From: the human T2T-CHM13v2.0 reference genome, Homo sapiens
Length of the DNA: 64,000 nt
Direction: 5' to 3' (one strand)
Assembly: GCF_009914755.1 (NCBI RefSeq)
Contig: NC_060926.1
The translations under genes and the position numbers were made by a program. A model generated the notes under the pieces. That model was not told the DNA's origin. It saw only the letters and a list, made by a program, of their open reading frames with translations, and searched no databases. This document shows positions 57,250 to 64,000 of this stretch, in pieces. How positions within the stretch are numbered: the stretch's first letter is position 1; every line of letters starts with the position of its first letter.

Positions 57250-57960
57250 ATTACATAAAACAAGGGGATTAATGTGAACAATAAGAAAAAATGTTGACCA
57301 ATAGCATGGATAATTGAAGAATAAATGGTCAGAACCAGGCAACTCTAGAGGAAAAGCTTAGAGGACAGTTTCGTGGAATTATCAACTGGAGAGACTCCTT
57401 TGAGGTTGTTTAAAATGACGACATCATTGTTTAACTTGAGCATGGGAACCATCACCAGGAGGAAACCTACCTGAAATTCTACACTCAGAAGAGTTGGCAC
57501 TTGGGTAGCTGTGGGACACGGTGGAGAAAGAAACTACCCAAAGTTGGCCAAAGAGCTTGTCACTGTTCTACAATGATCTCAAATTGGTAAAGGAGGTTTT
57601 CACAGCTTTTCCAAAGGTTTGAAAAAGAAAATAGCTACTGGTGGCTGTGAAAACACTGCATTGGCTGCAAAAATCAGTGTGATCTGGTATCAGAAGCAAG
57701 GTGTTAAATATTATCCAAAAAATGCAGACACAATATACTCTTCATGGAAAGCCTTGGACTAACAAAAGAGAAAAATGGAGATGAGACTATTATATGATAA
57801 TCACTGCCTAACAACTGGCTTCAATAAGGAGGCTCCCCATGCTGTTGTAACCACAGAATACAGAGCATGAAGAAATGGACTTAAGTTACAGCCAAAGAGA
57901 TGGAGGATGAGACCTAAGGAAAAAGACTTTCTTACCCTTCTTGAAGATAAAGCATAAGAA
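57250..57960 (+). mobile_element. L3/CR1-like fragment
   Basis: gaaatggacttaagttacag...aaggaaaaagactttctta resembles the CR1 ORF2 3' end. Confidence 0.5.
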
Positions 57961-59446
57961 TGAAGATCCCTAGAGATGGATGGGAGTCGCTGTGGAATCT
58001 GGCAGTTTGGGCGTTGACCTGTCCGATAGCAAACCCAGAGCAATGACCCCAGGGAGTCTGGGAGCCTCCAAGAAAGCAGAGACTTCACCCAAGAGTCTCA
58101 TTCGAACAACCTGACTGAATCTCAGCCTGCAACAGATGGAGCAAAAGTTCCATCTTAGGATGCTGGAGACTAAATGGGTTAGAAGTAGAGGGGGAAGTGC
58201 ACGAACTCGGCTCCAGGAGGAAGAGAGCAAATGGCCCATGGAAGTTTTCCTATCTCTGGCTCCTTGGAACCATGGAGTCAACACGATAAAATTAGCAGAG
58301 CTAAGTAGGCAGATTTGTGGGGTTGGAGGCATAATTGGTCCTGTTTTTCTCTAGTCTTGACCTAACTGAAGTTCACTGGGTATGTAATGGAAAAAAAACA
58401 ACCAGCTTGATATAAAAATACAGGAAATGCCTGCAATCACTGCTGATTACAGTAGCAGCTTTCCTTCTGTTATTTTTGTGAAAGAGAAAAAAAAAGGGGG
58501 GGTTATTAGGGTGTTTTTTTTTCCCTTTCCTAAACTTTGGAAACAACTTGGGCTATTAGTTCTTTTTAGGGCATTCTTTACTCTAGCTAAATGATGTCAC
58601 TTAATCTTTATAAATAAAGTGGGTGGGGGGAGACATTCAAATTCTTATCATAAATAAAATTCCTGAGTATAAAATACATACAAATGGTTCTAAATATGGT
58701 TTATTGGCCCTAAGGGCTTGTGTTTTCCGAATTCCCCTAATTTCTAATCTTTCTAGGCTGAACAGGATAAATTGAGTTTTTAGTGTAGTGCCTCATTTTG
58801 CAGTATGGTTTGCATTAGTGCTAGGAGAGGAACATTGTTTCCAGCAATTTATCTCCCAGAAACCATCTCTGCTTAGCAAGTGAAGAAATATTTGCAAAGA
58901 GACTCTTTCAACTAGTGATTGAGAAACACGCATTGTTCCGGCAGCAGAGAGACAGTACGTAGATTCTCACTAAAATGGAGCTTGTGAGGAACACTCCACC
59001 CAGTGTGTTAGTATCACTACTTATATCTTAATTTTGGCTTCAGGATTCTCAACTCCCGTTGCTAGAATTTAGATAGAACTGTTGAAGTCTGTAATGATAA
59101 TGTGTCTTTTAAAATGTCACCTTGGAATTTGTTGGATTCTCCTGGCTTTTAGTTGGCGGGTACCCTGGGAGTTTGTAGCTGGGAGGCTCCTTGGGCACCT
59201 TTTGGAGATGCTATGCTTTGTCTGTTAAGCCCTGGGGCTCCTTTGTTCATAAGTTTTCAAAAGATGCTGTCATTCTGGGACTTAGAAAACTCTTCTCCCC
59301 AACATGAAGCTCAGATAAAAAATAGAATTTGGTTTTTAAGCAGTAGCATTGCTAAGAGGAAACGCACTGACCTCATGTTCAGACACTCATCAACCATAGT
59401 CTCTTCACCTCCCCAGTGAAAAGTGGTTCTTGATGTTCCTCTAGCA

Positions 59447-59674
59447 TAATGGTTCTCAACCACTAGTGGTTATTTTACCTCCAGGGAAGATTTGGCAATG
59501 TCTAGAGACATTTTTGGTTGCTGAAACTTGGGGATGGGGGCCAGGAGAGTGCTGCTGGCATCTAGTGGGTAGAGGCCAAGGATACTGGTAAACATTCTGC
59601 AATGCACAGGACGGTCCTCACAACAAAGATTTATCCAGCCTAACATGTCAGTAGTGCCCAGGCTGGAAAACCCG
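59447..59674 (+). mobile_element. MER20 (hAT-Charlie)
   Basis: atttggcaatgtctagagacatttttggttg...ggcatctagtgggtagaggcca; TSD-like ctctagca / ctctagat. Confidence 0.93.
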
Positions 59675-61194
59675 CTCTAGATGCAAAGTTCTCTGCTCAT
59701 GTGACTCTGAAGGTTTGGGGGTAGCTGTGAGCTAACAGGTCTCTTGTTTTGGCTAGTAAGATTTATACAGATTTTGCCATGGTGTTTAGGTAGAGTACAG
59801 CCATATTTGCAGGTTTTTCAGACCCTGGAGAAATCAGATGTAGATGATGTAGGCTTTTTTAACTCTTCTGAAGATAGGAGAAGGCATAAGGGGAGAGACT
59901 TCCATTTGTCATTTCACTTCCTTTCTCTACTCAACACGTTTTTGTAACTTCTCAGATTGTATTGACCTTTCTTTCAAAGGATGCCACCCATGTTTCAAAA
60001 ACCAGAGGCTTGTCTTCTTTTCCTGTCAACGTTAAGTCAAGAAGTATATTTAATCTATCCATACTGTAAAAACTAGAATAGTCTGAATAGAATCCTGCCT
60101 TCTTACCGATGTATTAATATCAGTTTTCCACCACTCACAGCTGTTACGTTTGTTCACCATGAATCTGTGGCACTTGACCTACATGATCAGGAAGATGATT
60201 TTTAAAAACCTAACTCAGTCAAAGCTGTAAAATTTATTGTCTAAGAAAGCATAGGAGCCTTTTGGACTACTTGGATTCATTCCCAAAGTAAAACCCTTTC
60301 TTTTGAGATAAATTGTGTTTCAACCAAACCAAACTTTTTAAAATGTCACTTTACCATCACAGCTCCATCTAACCAGAGTATCTTCACCCACCCTTTCAGC
60401 AACTTTTATGGGGATGTTTATGCCAATAATGCTTTGGCATTCTTGGGGTTAATAAGCTTAAGAATGCACAGGCAGACAATTTTCATTTCCACCTTGGTGC
60501 ACCCGTTGTAAAGTAGGCGTTGTATTGTTTATGGCCTCTTGGGGCCAGACTGCCTTGAATGTTTTATGGCATGAGATCAGTCCCCATGATCTGAGGTGGG
60601 CCCCACCCTGCACACTGAGAGATGTCCCCTGGTTCTGTTCTCTCTGACACCAAGGTGCCTGGCACAGTCATTGCCTGTCTTTGACATACAGGTACCTGCA
60701 ACTCCCTGCCCAGTCTGTACAGCATCACACAGTGGACTCTGAGATATTATAGAGGGGCCCATAGGGAATTTACAGGACCCGGCATGGTGCTGGGCTTGTA
60801 AAAGATGGCTAAAAGATATTGACCAATTGGTGGATGGGAATTCTGGGTTGATGGTCAGGCTCACCAAATTCAATGCAAAGATCATAAACGCTAGGCTTTC
60901 AGCACGTGTCAGTGAGCACATTTGAACTGACAACAGACAGGTGTGCCAGCCCTAAATGCATACCTGCAGGGCCTCGTACACCTAAACATGTACTAAACTG
61001 ATGCTCATGAATGCTGTGGACAGGAGTCAAGATCTGATCATGGAGAAAAGACAGCACTGTTCTTTCTTGCCAGTCAGCTCACTCAGCTGGATTTACAGGG
61101 AACTTAAAAGGAGTAAATCAGGCCAAGGGAAATCATTTACATTCACCAGTATTCTTCTCTTTTTTTCACCCTTTTTCCCTCCTTCCCTCCTTTT

Positions 61195-61400
61195 TTACCA
61201 TTGAGATATAATAGGCCTACAGTCGAGTGCACAGTTCTTAGATATTAATGAATTTTTACATGAATACACACCTATGTAACCCAAACGAAGATACAGCATA
61301 TTCCCAGCACGAGGCAGGCTTCCTTAGGCTCCTTCCAGTCAGTGCTCCCCACTGCCCGGAGAGGTAGCCACCATTCTGCCAATAGGTTAGTTTTGTATTT
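61195..61400 (-). mobile_element. L1ME-type 3' fragment
   Basis: ttgagatataat...atgaatttttaca...gaggtagccaccattctg. Confidence 0.6.
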
Positions 61401-61411
61401 AGGTCTCTTTA

Positions 61412-61734
61412 TTTGTGTTTTTTGTTTGTTTGTTTTTGTTTTTGTTTTGTTTTTTTGAGACGGAGTCTTGTTCTGTCATCCAGGGTGGAGTGCAGTGGCG
61501 TGATCTTGGCTCACTGCAACCTCTGCCTCCTGGATTCAAGTGATTCTCCTGCTCAGCCTCCTGAGAAGCTGGGATTACAGGTGCATGCCACTATGCCCAG
61601 CTAATTTTTGTATTTTTAGTAGACGGGGTTTCGCCATGTTGGCCAGCTGGTCTCAAACTCCTGACCTCAAGTGATCCATCCACCTTGGCCTCCCAGAGTG
61701 CTGGGATTACAGGCATGAGTCACTGCACCCAGCC
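61412..61734 (-). mobile_element. Alu (AluS-like)
   Basis: Full dimer; taggtctcttta repeated at flanks. Confidence 0.94.
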
Positions 61735-61861
61735 CACTTATAGGTCTCTTTAAAACTGACCTTAGTGATGAAATATGTAAATAGTCCTCACTGGGCGAGG
61801 TTACATCCCTCTGACCTTACCCAGGTTTGGGTTGATAGATGAAGTTCCTCGCTTTTATGAA

Positions 61862-62080
61862 GAATAATAATTATTATTGAGGGGTTAAATTGGGCCTGAC
61901 AGTAAGTGTTTTCTGTACATTCTTTCATTTAACCACTGGGAAGATAGCTGCAAGGTAGATAGCATTGTCCCCATTTTACAGGTGAAGAAACTGAGGCTTC
62001 AAGTTTTAACATGAAGCAAAAAGGTCCAATGGTCAGGAAGTGGGGGCGCAGTGTTGAAACCTGGCTTTTTCTGGCACAAC
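61862..62080 (-). mobile_element. MIR
   Basis: ccccattttacaggtgaagaaactgaggct. Confidence 0.85.
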
Positions 62081-62419
62081 AGTCTGGGTTTTTTTTTTTT
62101 TTTTTTTTTTTAGCAGTACACCAACCAGCACTAGTCACCATTATAATCAGGAGAGTCCTGGTGAAGCCAAATTATTTTTTATGTAAAACTGAGTTATTTC
62201 CTCCCTGGTAAAATCTGAGGAAAGATCCTAGAAAGCTTTACCAGATCACCTTGGTCATTGTGGCAATATTACTGCCCAGGGGCCATGGTTTCTGAAATCT
62301 GTCTCTGAAATGTATGTTTAAACTTTAAGAGGAAAGTTGACTGAAGTTCACTAGCAAAAAAAAAAAAAAAAAAAATGTGCAAATACAAGGAAAGGAAAAG
62401 CTTTACAAAGGAAAACACT

Positions 62420-62451
<32 letters not shown>

Positions 62452-62657
62452 GGTCTACACACAGCTTAAAGGAAACTCAGAGTAAAGAGATAAGCAAAGC
62501 ACATGCTTTAATATCTTAAACTATTCCCTGCAATTGTGGGGCAGTAGCTGACAAGTAGTGAGGCTGAAATGAGGATCATTTGGGGGAAGTCAAATGCAAG
62601 GGATTACTTTTAATGAGGGGATGGATGATTTGTCGTGTTTACTCTTAGAATCTTTGA

Positions 62658-63074
<417 letters not shown>

Positions 63075-63222
63075 TAAAGTTGCCTACAATGAATGAAGAA
63101 GCAAATGTTTACAAGGCATGCACTGATTGACAGGGGTGCTAACTCAAGGCAGTGCTGAGTGCCAGCAGTTGGCATGTGTCAAACAATTTCACCAAGCCAT
63201 CCTGGGTTGAAAAGTGATTTTA

Positions 63223-63663
<441 letters not shown>

Positions 63664-63689
63664 TTAATGAATGGTTCAATTTTATCCAC

Positions 63690-64000
63690 TGATACTAATA
63701 TAAATAAGAATCACCTCCTCTGTGAAACCTCGTTTCATGAGTTTCCTTGATACTGCCCTATCACTTTGTGTTCATTCCCCAGTTAGAGACCCCCTCCTTC
63801 TGTTAAAAATGACCACATAATCCATGGCTCTGCATTTATGTTCACACTTGTGGGCAGAGGAAAGGGATCATATTCTTTGTACCCAACACTTCACTCATCG
63901 ATCTACTTGTGACAAACTACAAACTCTTTGAAGACTGGGCTCATTCCCAGTCTTCTATCTCTCTGATCTTCTAATATATCCAGCAAAGATCCTTAGTCAC
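63690..64000 (+). mobile_element. L2 3' fragment
   Basis: atcacctcctctgtgaaacct...aaactctttgaagactgg. Confidence 0.55.

Overview
Human (primate) genomic DNA lying inside the PRKCE (protein kinase C epsilon) gene on the + strand. The only protein-coding sequence is one 155-nt internal exon (25471-25625) encoding [51 protein letters not shown](R), the kinase hinge/alphaD/alphaE region up to the YRD catalytic loop. The ORF track misses it. The rest is intron, rich in interspersed repeats: about 20 Alus, MIR, L2, L3/CR1, L1M/L1P fragments, MLT1 LTRs, MER5/MER20/MER63/MER104, and a near full-length Tigger2 with a decayed pogo transposase. The long ORFs in the track are repeat-derived or chance. 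I found no evidence of a new gene family or multi-gene system. The best leads are: (1) a weak donor, immediate stop and AATAAA after the exon, which could yield a kinase-dead truncated PKC-epsilon by intronic polyadenylation; (2) a roughly 10.8-kb multi-level nested transposon stack; (3) an Alu almost entirely deleted back to its TSD; (4) candidate Alu poison exons and inverted Alu pairs; (5) a CTCF site with upstream motif and several motif-dense enhancer candidates. Repeat subfamily names, exon number and residue numbers come from recall by eye; repeat boundaries are approximate unless a TSD or TIR is quoted.
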